This document shows positions 1-13,046 of a DNA stretch of 64,000 nt, in pieces; position 1 is the stretch's first letter, and every line of letters starts with the position of its first letter. The notes under the pieces are model-generated. The model did not search any database. It was not told the origin of the DNA and was given only the letters and a program-made list of their open reading frames with translations. The DNA comes from Acanthaster planci. Its lineage: Eukaryota. The DNA lies in assembly GCF_001949145.1 (NCBI RefSeq), contig NW_019091362.1, positions 2,654,204-2,718,203 on the forward strand. Direction: 5' to 3'. The position numbers and the translations under genes were made by a program.

Positions 1-100
1 CAACAGTGTGGCACAGAATGAGTGCGCCGTCACAGTGACCAGTGGATGCAACAGTGCGATATAGAATGAGTGTGCCGTCATAGTGAGAAGTGATTCGCAG
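1..100. repeat. Degenerate 48-bp tandem repeat (about 2 copies, truncated by the window edge)
   Basis: caacagtgtggcacagaatgagtgcgccgtcacagtga at 1 recurs as caacagtgcgatatagaatgagtgtgccgtcatagtga at 49. Confidence 0.6.
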
Positions 101-233
101 TGTACAATGGTACAAGTGTATCAATTAAACAAGTGTGTTGAGGATTTGATGAATGATGCCAGATTAGTAAGATGGTAAAGTCATAATTTATAACTTGTGT
201 AATATTCTCAACTGAGGTTTTGTCCCCAATTAG

Positions 234-360
234 GAATGAAACTAGTGGTGGGTGGTCGAATAAAGGTTGTCACCTAATCTCAGACACCGAGACCTTTGTC
301 ACATGCAGCTGTGATCACATGACTAGCTTTGCGGTTCTGGTGCAAGTCGTAGACATTGAG
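234..360 (+). CDS. Adhesion GPCR exon: GPS/GAIN C-terminus and Stachel
   Basis: tag|G..GAG|gtacgc; encodes NETSGGWSNKGCHLISDTETFVTCSCDHMTSFAVLVQVVDIE. Confidence 0.93.
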
Positions 361-3300
361 GTACGCCGGTGTTGAGGACAAGCTGTCACTCCTCATTTGT
401 TCCCTGAGTCAAACTCGCAGACTAAACATCAATACTCAAACTTGTGTCCTGCCTAAAACAAATGAAGGAACATCTTGGATGGAAACGTGGACCACATACT
501 GTTCCCAATCAGCTCAGAATTTCCAAATGTTTGTCCATGTAGGTATGCTAGTATACACACAATACAGGTATACTCTTCGGAGAATGACCTCTTCCAGTGC
601 AGGAACATAGGTCATTCATGCAAAACTGCACTTGCATGACCGGATTTCATAATGGAATAGCAATATGCTTTTGAAGTGGCCCGGTCATCCCCTTTGTTAG
701 GAATGGATGATGGAAGCGAAAAGGAGTACAGAATATGTTGTACCTCTCAATGAACAGTTTGGACAGAAATATCTAATAACAGCAGTTCCTATTACCGCAA
801 ATCGGTCACTTGGGAGACATTCCCATAGGAATGTGCACAAACTTTACTGTCCCATAATTCAATATTCCCTAATCCGATCTTAACCAAACTTTGCATGTTT
901 TCCTTTTAGACCCTAATCTATCATCTCTCAAAATTTCTACATTAAAATTTTCATCCTTCTGGTAGTTGGGTCACTTGGGAGACATTTGAAATGTCTCCCT
1001 AATGACTGATGTCTCCCTAATGTTGAAAAATTTACCACAAAATGTCTCCCAAGTGACCTATTTTGAAATGTTCCTCTTATTTTAGATTTCTGAAGAAGAT
1101 AGTCATGCACTGAATGTGATCTCCCTTGTTGGATGTATTTTCTCCATCCTTGGTACATTTCTGACATGCTCAACTTACTTGTTTCTCAGGTATGTTGCGT
1201 AACATTGTGACACTTGATGAAAGTGGCACTTAATGAGCTTCTTCACTCCCTAGAAATTGGATCAAAAATACCTGAAATAGAAATGTCAAATTTTTTCTAT
1301 TGTAATCATCAGCGAAAAAAAAAACAAACAAACAGATACACACACTAACACACACACATAAAACAAATTTTGATGGGGAGACCAAGGAAGAAAAAGTGGA
1401 TCTTATGAAAATATGCGTCGTATGTGTCAAGAGTAGCAACTCAGCCACAGTATGTAACACTGATCATCTAGTCAAAGCCCACTCCTACGTTCTAAGCAGG
1501 CTCAGACCCTAACGTAGCAACAGCATTCCATGAAGAGAGCATGCGGTTGCCTTTACACAAACATTAACAGAAGAGGCAGATACTTGGAGAAGGAAATCCA
1601 AATTGAGCCTTGGTCTGATCAGAGCCTGATATTCGTGCAGCTCCAATTTAAAAGATGTCTTCCTTGTTATCTCCAGAATGACCTCAGAGCGAACCCTGAT
1701 CCATTTCAACCTGGCCGTTGCCATCATGCTCTCCCAGGTCACATTCCTTTTTGAGGACTCAACAGAAAAAGGAACGGTCAGTTAGTTTTTTTTTCTGGTA
1801 TTTCTTGTATGGTAATCCAATTTTGTAATCATCTTCAAACTGTTGGGACCAACGTAATTAAGTAATTAATTGCAACCAACGGCTGGTTTGATTCAAGAGC
1901 ATTTTGGCAAATCTTCATTTTCAAGAGCAGATATAGCCTTTGGCTCCAATAAAAATGGTTGTATCAGAAAGATATGCCCCATTGTTCTTAACTGTCAGGC
2001 AGTTGTGTAACTGAGTGAAATTTCTCAGGAGGCACCTGGGGTTGCAGACAGTTTTTCAAGGGGGCACTGAAAGGAAAAAAGAATGGTAGCTTCTTCAAAT
2101 GTGTGGACTGTGCACATTTCAAATGGGAGATGGGGGGGAATGGACCATTGCTGGGAGACATATGCCCTACCTCCCCTGGTGACCACCCCACCCACAATGA
2201 AGCTACTGAAGTCACATGCCTCCCTTTCCACGTTGCCTCAGGTTGGCTGTGCCGCTCTGGCCATGGTCCTGTACTTCTTCAACACTGCCATCTTCTGCTG
2301 GATGCTGATCGAGGGAGTGCAGATCTACTTCCAGGTCATCGTAGTCTTTGTCCATGCTGAGCGGCTCAAGATGTACATCCTGCTCGGATGGGGTGCGTAC
2401 GATGACTCAGAATTAGGATAGATCAGGAAAAAAGCATCATCAGTGATTGCTGAACTAATAATACAGCTAACATGGGGGTTTGCATTGTGTTTGGAAAGTA
2501 TGTATCTGAACCCACTGTTGGATAGCCTCCCCCTCAATGACGTATGTAAACACCCCCCCCCCACAACCACACAATGTTCATTCCACTGCTACTGTGATCT
2601 GCTTTTACTTACATGGGTCTTCTTCACTACCACCAATGCCCATCCACCCACACAAGTGTGCACTTGCCACAAATCAAGGATACCACATTGTTATCCTTTG
2701 TTCAGATTTCAACTTTCTCTGAAGGGCTCTCACAGGAGGGGACTCTCGCCCAATCAGAGACCTTTCCTAGCTTGTTCAGTGGTCATAACTAAATGCAGTA
2801 ACATGCTCACTCAACATATCCATCCAACCTCACCCATCCACCAACCAACCAACCACCAACCATCAATTAACTACAACTAAACCACCTCACAACCACCAAT
2901 GATCAATCGACCACTAACCCCAGAACACTCAACCCAAACTACTGACCCTGTTTAAACACTTTAGGCTTTCCTCTGATTTTGACCATCATCACCACGGCAG
3001 TACTGTGGGAGTCGCTGGGCATGCACGGCATGTAAGTAGACAGACATGCTGAAATTTCAATAGGGAATACATGCTCAGTCTGAAATATAAACATCAGATT
3101 GAAACGGTAATGAATCATGATGTTTAAGGCAAATATATGCACTGTGAATTCCCATCTGGTGAAAATGTGATCAATAGGCTGTATTCATGTGTTGGCCATC
3201 TTGAATTGACAATGAGGTTAAGATCTCATTTTTTTGAACCTGAAAGTAAGAATAGTGGCAATAAAATAAAGTTTCATTGCAGATTACTTATGTCAAGTTA

Positions 3301-6300
3301 CGTTTGTAAAAATTCAAAATTTGTGATATCCAAATGTTTAAAGTAATAATTAAAAAAATGACGGTGAGGCTTGGAACCCAAAATAGTCTGACACCACCTC
3401 ATATAACAGATTACATTTTAATATGATAGGTTCAGGGATTAAGATCAAAAATGGCTTCCCGTGGAGAAGGTCTCTTTTGACTTAAATGCCCTTGTGATTC
3501 CAATTTGACATTCATTTTTGCACATTAGATACTGGTCTTAATATGTGGCATGTAAGCTGCTTGGTTGATGGCAGTTATGCATTGAATACAAATCCATATT
3601 TGTTACTGGCATTTCTTGCACGTGTTCAGGTGACAAATAGGAGTGACTTATTTTCACATTGTGGTTTGGTTTATTTGTCTTCTTAAAGATGCTGGCTGAG
3701 CATTGCAGATAAATCCATCTGGTTTTTTGCTGTGCCAGTCATTATTGTCATGTTGGTGAGTATTCATACTTGCTTTTTACGAGTGTCAAAATATCTTAAT
3801 TTCATTTGGCCTTTGATGCATGTAAACTGTTTCCTGAAACCATTCACGACTGTTGAAGAGTCCGTTCATCAGATGCAAAAGTGGACCCTATCAAGAGAGT
3901 TGTCTCTGACTTTGTACGGCTTCATTTTGAGCTCCACACCGAGTAAGACTGCCAGAACGTAAGCTGAAACATTTTTGGCATTGGATGTTGCTGTAGCAAC
4001 ATTGATCTGCATTGAGCCAAAGGTGTCAACTCAGCAGGCTAAATTCAGGAAAGTTAAGCTTGAGGCCATAGCAAACTGACATTTGGAAAAAAGAAAATCT
4101 GGCATGCAACATTAAATGTGACCCATCAATCCAAACATCAGGCTGATCAGAAGTAGATAGTTTTGATGTTTGACAGTTCCTTTTCTCCTACTGTTAATTT
4201 TCATACTTCAAAGCAATCCAAAGCAAATCTTTTGCCTGCAAAGGGTTTAATTGGTAATTACAGACAATGAGGTTCATTGTTCTTGATTACACTGGTATTG
4301 TTTTCTCGACAAAGGGGTATAATCATTCAACCTTGTTTTTGAAAAGGTTGATCACAAAGTAATGCAACAGCACATGAGTGCAAACGTGGCTCACAGTGGA
4401 GGTGATTGGTCACGTCTCTTATTTTTCAATGGACTTGAAGTCTTTTTCTTGGTGCAGACCCAAGACTAAAACTGAAGATTTCCTTCTCTACTTTGGCTCT
4501 CAGATTAATTACTACATTCTGGTGAAGGTCACCAAGGTGATTGTTACTCTGACAAAGGCCCAAGGAGGTAGCAAGTTCAATCATGCAAAGTAAGTGGCTC
4601 GTTTCTTTTTGGGGGGGGGGAATGATTGGAATCCAAGACCAGCAAAAGGGCAAATAGGATGATTGGTAGCTATTTGGGACTTTGGAAAATAAGTAGTAAA
4701 GTGGTTCCATTCAAAATAGCTGGGGGTGGAAAGATGGACACAACTTTTTAAAAGCAGCCATTTTAGAGAGAGTCAACCTCGTTCTAGTTTACCTGTTAAT
4801 TCAATAACCTTTGATATTTTATCTAAGTTTCTATAGAAATCCTATGTTGTTTGACTGCTATTCATTTTCTGTTCTATCTTTCTCTTTGATTAATTTAATA
4901 TGTTTTAAATTGTTTGAAATTCATTTCCATTGATTTTTGTTTTAAATTTGATCAGGGCCCTTAATGATAACAGTTTTGTACTGACAAGGCTACCCTGATG
5001 AAATAAAACACAATTCCAGACTCAACTCAAGAATTAGTATATGATGCTGTAATAACAGACACAAGCAAAGTGAAATCAAGTCAGATCCAACGGTCACGCA
5101 GGTGCTAAATTGTGTGCAAAATTAGTCTCACCTTGAATTAAATTGTAGTCCGTACACAAACCATCAGAGTTGTAGTTGAGACCTCTCAAGACCATCACAA
5201 GACCTCCGGTCGGAATTCACGTCACATGCAATTCAAACGAACTGCAACAAAGCATTCCATAGTCTGTTCGTCCTGTCATGTACAACCGGTCTTGTAATGG
5301 TCTCAACAACTTTACTGAAATTCATGTAGGGGAATTTTTTCCCTAAAGAAGCACTGTACCTTTGGACATAATTCATGAAATGGTCACTTTCATGAAACTC
5401 CAGGAAATCCACCAAGGCATCCATCATGCTCTTGCCTCTTCTGGGGTGTACATGGGTATTTGGCTTTCTGTGCATCTCGGAGAGCACCATCGTGTTCCAC
5501 TACCTCTTCGCCATCTGCAATTCCTTCCAGGGATTCTGTCTCTTTTTGGCTTACTGTGCCTTGAGCTCAGAGGTAAGTACACTGACACGGTCAAGTCGCT
5601 TCATTGCAGATAGATATATATATATATACACATGTATATCCCCCATGATAAAACATAACTCAAAGGTACCTATGTATGAAGCATTACCATTGGTGGAAAT
5701 ACAAAATGGATTACATCCTGGAGAAATATGTTAATTTGAATCAGTGTTGTGGGCATTCAAATGTCGTGTACGACATTTAGAGATATATGATGTATTACAG
5801 CCTGTAAGTGTGAATTCATGGCCATAATTTTCTCATTTATTTGGGGGGGATGTTTCTCGTGAGAAAAACCAAATAATTTTCCAATTCTGGAATATTTTGA
5901 CCAGTAGATGGGCCCGGAGAATGCTTGACATATTCTGCCCTGTTCAATGCTGGAATTACACAAATGTTTCTGGCATGTCACGTCCTAAAATGTCAGTTCT
6001 TAGACAAATTTTGTCTTCTCCCCACTGCAACAGGAGAGTTGAGATTTTTTGCTCTGCACATATCACAGACATTTCTTCACAACTGCTTCCCATTCTTTGG
6101 GGAGTATGATTTTGACTGTTCTGAATTGGAACTTACCCTTTGGAATGTCCCCTCACAACAGGTGCACGAATCATGGCGTACAAAGCGGGAGAGCTGGAGT
6201 CTGACTCGCTCCCTCAATGCCCATCGCTCCAGCAAGGTATCGCCGGCAAGTAGAGAACAAGCCTGGGATGAGAATGCACACCAAACAGAGAGAACCTGCA

Positions 6301-6320
6301 TGGACAAAGACCGGAAATGA
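234..6320 (+). CDS. Adhesion G protein-coupled receptor (ADGRD1/GPR133-like), 3' part only; spliced join(234-360,1086-1189,1677-1776,2242-2392,2965-3031,3689-3755,4504-4589,5404-5572,6162-6320)
   Basis: Manual splicing at GT-AG sites with compatible phases gives the GPS motif (W..WSNKGC..TCSCDHMTSFAVL), a 7TM with family motifs (IHFNLAVA, FCWMLIEG, LGWGFP, CWLS, LLPLLGCTWVFG, NSFQG) and a C-tail with stop. The 5' exons lie outside the window. Confidence 0.93.
798..1065. mobile_element. MITE-like element with TIRs and internal GTCA(C/T)T(T/A)GGGAGACAT subrepeats
   Basis: caaatcggtcacttgggagacatt (798) is inverted at aatgtctcccaagtgacctattttg (1041-1065); a partial second copy lies at 61698-61780. 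Confidence 0.7.
1086..1189 (+). CDS. Adhesion GPCR exon: TM1
   Basis: tttag|ATT..AG|gtatgt; ISEEDSHALNVISLVGCIFSILGTFLTCSTYLFL. Confidence 0.9.
1677..1776 (+). CDS. Adhesion GPCR exon: ICL1-TM2
   Basis: ctccag|A..ACG|gtcagt; RMTSERTLIHFNLAVAIMLSQVTFLFEDSTEKGT. Confidence 0.9.
2242..2392 (+). CDS. Adhesion GPCR exon: TM3-TM4 start
   Basis: cag|GTT..G|gtgcgt; VGCAALAMVLYFFNTAIFCWMLIEGVQIYFQVIVVFVHAERLKMYILLGW. Confidence 0.93.
2800..2945. repeat. Degenerate (ACCA)n low-complexity tract
   Basis: ccatccaccaaccaaccaaccaccaaccatcaa... Confidence 0.55.
2965..3031 (+). CDS. Adhesion GPCR exon: TM4
   Basis: ttag|GC..AT|gtaagt; GFPLILTIITTAVLWESLGMHG. Confidence 0.88.
3689..3755 (+). CDS. Adhesion GPCR exon: ECL2-TM5
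   Basis: aag|A..TTG|gtgagt; CWLSIADKSIWFFAVPVIIVML. Confidence 0.9.
4504..4589 (+). CDS. Adhesion GPCR exon: TM5-ICL3
   Basis: cag|ATT..AA|gtaagt; INYYILVKVTKVIVTLTKAQGGSKFNHA. Confidence 0.88.
5404..5572 (+). CDS. Adhesion GPCR exon: TM6-TM7
   Basis: cag|G..GAG|gtaagt; KSTKASIMLLPLLGCTWVFGFLCISESTIVFHYLFAICNSFQGFCLFLAYCALSSE. Confidence 0.93.
6162..6320 (+). CDS. Adhesion GPCR terminal coding exon: helix 8 and C-tail
   Basis: cag|GTG..TGA; VHESWRTKRESWSLTRSLNAHRSSKVSPASREQAWDENAHQTERTCMDKDRK*; completes the conserved ..SEV motif. Confidence 0.82.
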   Translation: MHESWRTKRESWSLTRSLNAHRSSKVSPASREQAWDENAHQTERTCMDKDRK

Positions 6321-6357
6321 TGTTTGAACAGAGTTTCCCCCCCCCAAAAAAAAGCAC

Positions 6358-6363
6358 AATAAA
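6358..6363 (+). promoter_or_regulatory. Candidate polyadenylation signal of the adhesion GPCR
   Basis: AATAAA starting 38 nt after the stop codon; usage unverified. Confidence 0.35.
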
Positions 6364-7832
6364 CCTGAAACATCATGACGTCATGCTTTGTTTACATGTG
6401 CGCTTTCCTACAGGGAATGGATGGATTGCGTCCCACCTGACTACCAGAGGAAAAGCACACATGAAAGCAAAGTGTGACATCATTGTTATAGGTCTTTAGG
6501 GGAGACAGTCTGAAGGGGATAAAATCATCCTGCCCAAAGAGGATAAATTGAACTGGCACATCATTTGCTGTACTTATAACTTCTCACAGAAGATCCTGCA
6601 AGTTGGTTATTTGATTCCCCAAGCAAGGCTGCTGATGGGTATTTCTCTGGCTCACAACTCCAAATGCCGATGTCAAAGGGTGTACTAATAGAGGGTATGC
6701 ATTGCTGGTGCCATGGAAACTATTCTTTCTCATTTTAGTTAGTTACCATGAATGCACAAAAGGTTCACTTGAGCCTTTCCTAGTGAAACAAAGCAGGTTT
6801 CTCTCCAACTCTGCCTTCATGCATAACCTCTGTGATCTGTCTCTCCAGCATTTATTGGATCAAGTGCCTCAAGATGCACATGTAGTTTGTAGCTTTCGGT
6901 GAATCTTCCATTTGTAAAATCAACAAAACTTTTGCTGTACACAGAGTGCTTCTTTTCTACCAACCCCTCCTTCGGCACAACGAAGAAAAACGTGATTTAT
7001 TACTATCACTTGAGTGTTAGTGAAACTAACCAGCTGACCCCCTCCAACATATGGTTCACACTCGTAAAAATGACAAAAAATGGATGAACCCTGGTCAGAA
7101 TATAAATTTTACCATGTCAGCCCCAGAAGTACTACATGTATAAGCATTGGTAATGACAACTTTTATTTTGTTCTGGGGGTTATTTAGTCAGATTAAAATG
7201 TGAATATTTCAGAGCTAAACTGTAAGTGAAGTTTCATTGGGGTGGGGTTAATCTACATATGAAATAATTACATTGCAAAGCCGAGATTTTCTTGGTTGAA
7301 ACAAACCTTTTATCACCCATTTTTTGGTTGGTTTATTTGTCCAATATATAAGTCCAGCACTGTAAACTGTCACACTTGAGCATAACAATAATTATGGTTT
7401 ACAAGGTTTCTGTCATTTTTATTTCTCAGGAATGGTACAAGAACAGTTATGATAGTTATTTATAGGTTAACATATCAACAGTGATTATATATTTATGATA
7501 CACAAATGCACAACATACAGCACTCAAAGAACCCATTCAATAATAGAAACCAGCAGACGGGAGTCTTGGTTGGGCATCGCGAGTTATAATTTAAACTAGC
7601 ACCCTGAACACTGTCGTATATTTAGTTTTTCCAATTCTATGTCTGTTTTTAGCAGTTCTTTTGCATTTGATACTGCACACAACTTGTATATGACAGAGAT
7701 GACGAAGCACTTATAACTCAAGGTCACACAGGGATTGTGAGACCCTGGTCACCTTTGCGGAGAGTCTTCAGGCATTAGAGGTGGTACCGAGGATCTTAAC
7801 TGGTCGCAGTGTCTAGCGTCATTGCTTACATG

Positions 7833-8278
7833 NNNNNNNNNNNNNNNNNNNNNNNNNNNNNNNNNNNNNNNNNNNNNNNNNNNNNNNNNNNNNNNNNNNN
7901 NNNNNNNNNNNNNNNNNNNNNNNNNNNNNNNNNNNNNNNNNNNNNNNNNNNNNNNNNNNNNNNNNNNNNNNNNNNNNNNNNNNNNNNNNNNNNNNNNNNN
8001 NNNNNNNNNNNNNNNNNNNNNNNNNNNNNNNNNNNNNNNNNNNNNNNNNNNNNNNNNNNNNNNNNNNNNNNNNNNNNNNNNNNNNNNNNNNNNNNNNNNN
8101 NNNNNNNNNNNNNNNNNNNNNNNNNNNNNNNNNNNNNNNNNNNNNNNNNNNNNNNNNNNNNNNNNNNNNNNNNNNNNNNNNNNNNNNNNNNNNNNNNNNN
8201 NNNNNNNNNNNNNNNNNNNNNNNNNNNNNNNNNNNNNNNNNNNNNNNNNNNNNNNNNNNNNNNNNNNNNNNNNNNNNN
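7833..8278. other. Assembly gap (N run)
   Basis: Run of N. Confidence 1.
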
Positions 8279-8379
8279 GTTGCAGAGATTCTTGTTCAAA
8301 AGTGCAATGGATCGATGTCAATTTTGCAAAAATGACACCGGCACCACGTTGAAAACATCACTGCATGCAGAAGTCTTAA

Positions 8380-8960
8380 CTACTTGGTGCTGGGGAATCC
8401 CGTTTCGAGCACCACGTGCTTATACGCAGAATCGGAGTGCCCAAAATGGGACAAAAGAGCTGCTCTGTGTAACAAAAGAGCGTACTCAGAACAAAAGACC
8501 TGCTGCTGGGAATTACAATCATTTTTTGGCTTGAATTTTTCGAAGGTAAACCCGTCACTGTTTTTAACAGTATATATCACTGTTTTGGGCATTGCGAGCC
8601 CGCAGATGAGCACCACGGACAAAAAGTGCTCTAGGGCCCCATTGATGAGTGACACAGCACAGCTGCATGCTAATCCAGTCAAGTTTGAAAAGACGCCACT
8701 CGCATTCACTGGGGACAAAGGAAATTATGCAACACCTCACAATTCTGGGTTCTCTTGACAGGGCGGCAGGTCCGGCTGAAATACTCAGGAGTCAATGAAG
8801 GTTGCCTGTCAGCTTAGAGTAGCCACCAAACAGTCATTCATGTGGGTGTAAAGATACATTAGATGAAATGAAGAATTTTCGAAGAATTTTCAAAACTGAA
8901 AATCTAAAAAATCTCCCGGATGTGTGCACTGCATTTTTAAAAGCACCCGGCAGCAAGTGG
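8380..8960 (+). mobile_element. Non-autonomous piggyBac-like DNA transposon (581 bp) flanked by TTAA
   Basis: TTAA-ctacttggtgctggg ... cccggcagcaagtgg-TTAA; full-length diverged inverted copy at 47285-47861. Confidence 0.8.
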
Positions 8961-11900
8961 TTAATCTGCAGATCTTTGCTTGGGTGCTACGTACAAAATC
9001 AGGTCCGGTCACTCAACTCAAACAGGGAATTCAGTATTCAGTAAAAAATCATGTGTAAAAAAAGTAATAATTGTACATACGTGTAGCAAGAAAAAATTAG
9101 GTTAATTATTATGAAAATGTAGATTCAATTTCGTTAAACCTTAGGTGCTTATTTGGGCCACTTATAAAAATTGTAAAGAGCTTTCCTTTAAACATTTCAG
9201 GTCCTGCTTTTTTTTTAAGGTACAAACTGTGCATAAATATGTGAAAAATAACATTTGGAGGAACAAAAATGAAGTTCACATTAATGACTACTCTCTGTAT
9301 AAAGGTGAATTATGCCATAAAAAAGCATTCTAGAATCAGGACTTGGACCATAACCATCATCCTATTCAAGAAGTTTTAGAAAGCCAAAATACATGTATTT
9401 GAGAAATAAATGGGACTGGAAGCATGTGTCTATGCAGGGATATGTACATTTCATGTGCATTCCATGTCAGCACACTCCAAGAAATCAGCCCTCCCTTCAC
9501 ACTCTTGGAGTGGATGGTGGGTACAAGCGACAGTTAGAATCTGCACTTTTAGATGTATTTCATTTCTGTGGTTTCTGAAAATGATTTCTTAAAATTACAG
9601 ACACGCTGCTTGACAAATGTGCGTCTTAAATAATTGAAAGAAGCCTGATTGAAAAACATGATTACAGTCCTGTTCACTTGTTATCAATGCACACATGAGC
9701 AATTTCAATCGGGGGAGTCGTATTCAACTTCACTATAACCAGAACGAGGAGCGGAGAGTGCATTTCAGTATTTTGTCAGCATCACCATCATTACAGTTTA
9801 TCTTTGAGTTCTATCTTGTCAGGGACAAGTTACTCTGTCTGCACTTTGTTGAATGTTAACTGATTAAATCGACAAGGTAAAAATCACCACTGGCTTCTTG
9901 ACGGCGAGGGCTTTGTAAACATTGTGCTATCGACAATTGGCGCCAGCTGTGATCTCTGAGGTCTTCTACAAAGGCTGCAGAAGGATTGCAACTATCAGTC
10001 ACCAAGGTGAGATGCAGCGGGATGGAAACCCATCAATGGACAAGCCAATGCTTTGTCTAAGCAAGCGACTGACCCCTGATTTCTTCTCATCAATACCTGT
10101 AAACGGAATTGAACTAGAAACTAATGAATACTGTTACATGGCTTAAGAATGAAAGATTCTAACATGATTTCCTGTCTTGAGTTGAACTCTGGTAAAGATA
10201 CAAGGAGAAAGTCTCGTTAACGACAATCTTGAGCAAATTCATTTCACAGAAACTGTGACTCAAGGTTTCTCTCCTAAATAGCTGAAGGTAGATTATTCAA
10301 ACAATGCTAGCTGACGACTGGTCCTTACAACCAAGTATTGCTTGACATTTGCAATCCGTCATTTTAGTTTTGTGTAACCTTTCATCCCAATCAAATTCTT
10401 GCATAATTCACAAACCAATCATTACAGATTGTCGAATAAAGTTTAAAGCATCCAACTACAATTTCAAATAACCAAGGCAACTATAGTCACTGGCTTACCA
10501 ATAAATCATAACACACTAAAAAAAAAAAAAGCATTAAGAAAAAAAATGTAAAATCAAACCAGTAATTAATGGTTTTCATTTCTCCTTGAAAAATCAAAAT
10601 AGTTCAAAATTCCAGGAGGGGTTTTTAACAATTCCATAAGTTTTCTTCATTTGAAACACCCTGATATAACATGAGATACACATGCAACTATGTTAGTAGC
10701 ATTATACACAGTTTATGATATAGTAATATATATGCATTTAGTATTAACACTTGATACAGATTTTAATATATTTACAAAATTGTCCAACAGAAACAAACAG
10801 CCAAACATAGTCACTCACTCAGCTGACTTGAGGTGTGCTTTTGTGAATGATGTTGTACTGTGTGATTTGAATGATTGTCTGCCTTGACATTCTCGCAGCA
10901 GTTTGCATTGCAAGCACTAAACTAAAACAGTGTTCATGTGTGGGCAAATGTACCTTGACACAATGACAGGAGTCACTGCACTGTTACCCGTGTGACGGAA
11001 GTGATTCACTGCACAGAGCGCCACCAAGAGGTTATTATGGAGAGGCCATTCTTACAGTGCATCATGGGAAAGAGGTTAACAGCACACCGAACTCTCATCC
11101 TTTTGTAGAAAGGACTAAGCCGGTTGTACCCTTTTTTGAAGAATGCGATTCAGGATGGAATTTCAAACAAGTGAAGAACACTGATTCTATACAGTTGTCA
11201 GGCTTAATTGAGTACCACAGGTTAGCAATGAAGGAGACAAATTTAACACAGGATTTGAGTAATTTAAGTTGAAAAAGGCCCCTCCAAGACTAATGATGTG
11301 GGTACATAGTACCGTGTACTGTCCCTACCTCAAAACATCATTTTTTATCACACATCTACTCTACATTTACCTCACATGTATGGGACCCTTAAGTGCATGA
11401 TACAACAATAGTGTTCCGTTGACAGGTGTCACAATGCAACAGCTAAGTGCACCTGCACAGGAGAACCTGATGCCAAAGCTCTCAAGCTTTTCACGAGTTC
11501 ACCTCGGTCACTGACCTTGTTTGCACTTGGCAAACGAGAAGCTTTACAGACTGCACTGTTGTTGTCTCTTTGCTTAATGAAACTTTTCAACGACTGCAGC
11601 GTACTTTGGACTCTGCTCAGATGGGCACATACCAACTCCACGGCAAAGGTTCAAAGCCAGGCACATTTATACACCAACGCTGATCACAGTTGCCATGTGA
11701 AAACAGTTGCGGCCATGTTTTGACACATGCCGTGCATCAAGTTAACTGGTGTATAAATGCACTCTAAATCACCCATGTAGACTGAATTTTTATATATATT
11801 TATATACATACTTGTCAAGAATAATTGGACACAGTCAGTATCACCTACACAGGCCGAGGAGGGATACTTGAGGAGTTAGGGTACATTTTGAGAGCACTTT

Positions 11901-13046
11901 CTCATTTCCACAACTTCAGCACCTATCTACACAATCGGGTTCAACACAATCAACCACGCTCTTTATATTCACTTCATTATTGCTATGAGTTTGTTTACAC
12001 ATTGGTCATTGAACCAGACTGAAAATGTCACGTCACAAATCAGTTCATGTTATAACTAATCCATACCAAACAGATGTACAAAAGATGCCCTGTACAAAGG
12101 AGCTTTATAGATTAGCAATACACTACAAGACTAGCAAGATTACCAGAAAAAATCTACAGAACATTCGCAACTACGATACTGATCAAAAATCTAAAAACAA
12201 ATAATACAATAAGCATTTCTTGAACTGTATAAGGTTTTTCTCCAACTCACAACCATTCCTAAATATACAATTTTTCTTTAAAATGAGCAATTCTAACTTG
12301 AGAACCCACACTTTTTTTGTCAATCAACAGATCCAGTCTAACTCTACTTCATCACAATCCCTGACCAAAAAAGTTCCTAAACAAACAGGTAAAAAAAATA
12401 ATGAAATAGACTTTAAATGGTGCTATGCATTGTATTTTCTGTAGAAAAATTGGACTTAAGGTTGGAATACAAAAACATCTACACATTTAAGCACACCCTG
12501 TGTTATTTTATTGAGGGAGACAACGAGGAGAAGATTCACGTCTGCCATCTTTTTTCTTCTGACCTATCCAAGAGAGGGATACAATTTGCTGTTCATTTTG
12601 TTCTTCTTTCCTGCTCGATTAGTCTGGGCTACGTTGCCATAAATTCATCAAACAAGTTTTGCAGATGGAAGCAGTGGGACTGTCTTCAATTCACCAAATT
12701 GGCATCCCAAGATCTTCACGGCAAAATATAAAAGAAACATTTCACCCAAGAGTTTGCACTGATACACGCAAGGTAAGTCGTACTACTCACTGGTGCACTG
12801 GCCGTGGCCACCGACAAACTGGTCAAGCAAGTGACCACAGCCGATGGGCAATGGGCACACGGACAACACACTCTCAAATTTGGGTCATCGTAGGGACAAC
12901 TGATCTCTTTTACGCTACTGGCTAACAGAAAGCACTATTGAATTCGTTTGCGTTCAACTATGTCAGAAAAGAATGGGATGGGGAATGGAAATGACCAACC
13001 CAGCCCCGTCGGTGGGGAAGGGGGAGGGAGGGGGGGTAACTTTTTT

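Noticed and set aside
4720..5010. Possible LINE 3' tail ending in AATAAA (similar tail-like pieces near 44330-44400, 48890-48970 and 61580-61695)
   Set aside because: Resemblance only; too short and degenerate to support without a repeat library.
7749..8534. Long ORFs of 157-241 aa
   Set aside because: Artefacts of translation through the N gap.
8376..8758. ORFs with similar translations at 8.4 kb and 47.4-47.9 kb suggesting a gene family
   Set aside because: Both lie in copies of one non-autonomous transposon; frames are not conserved and no transposase motifs are present.
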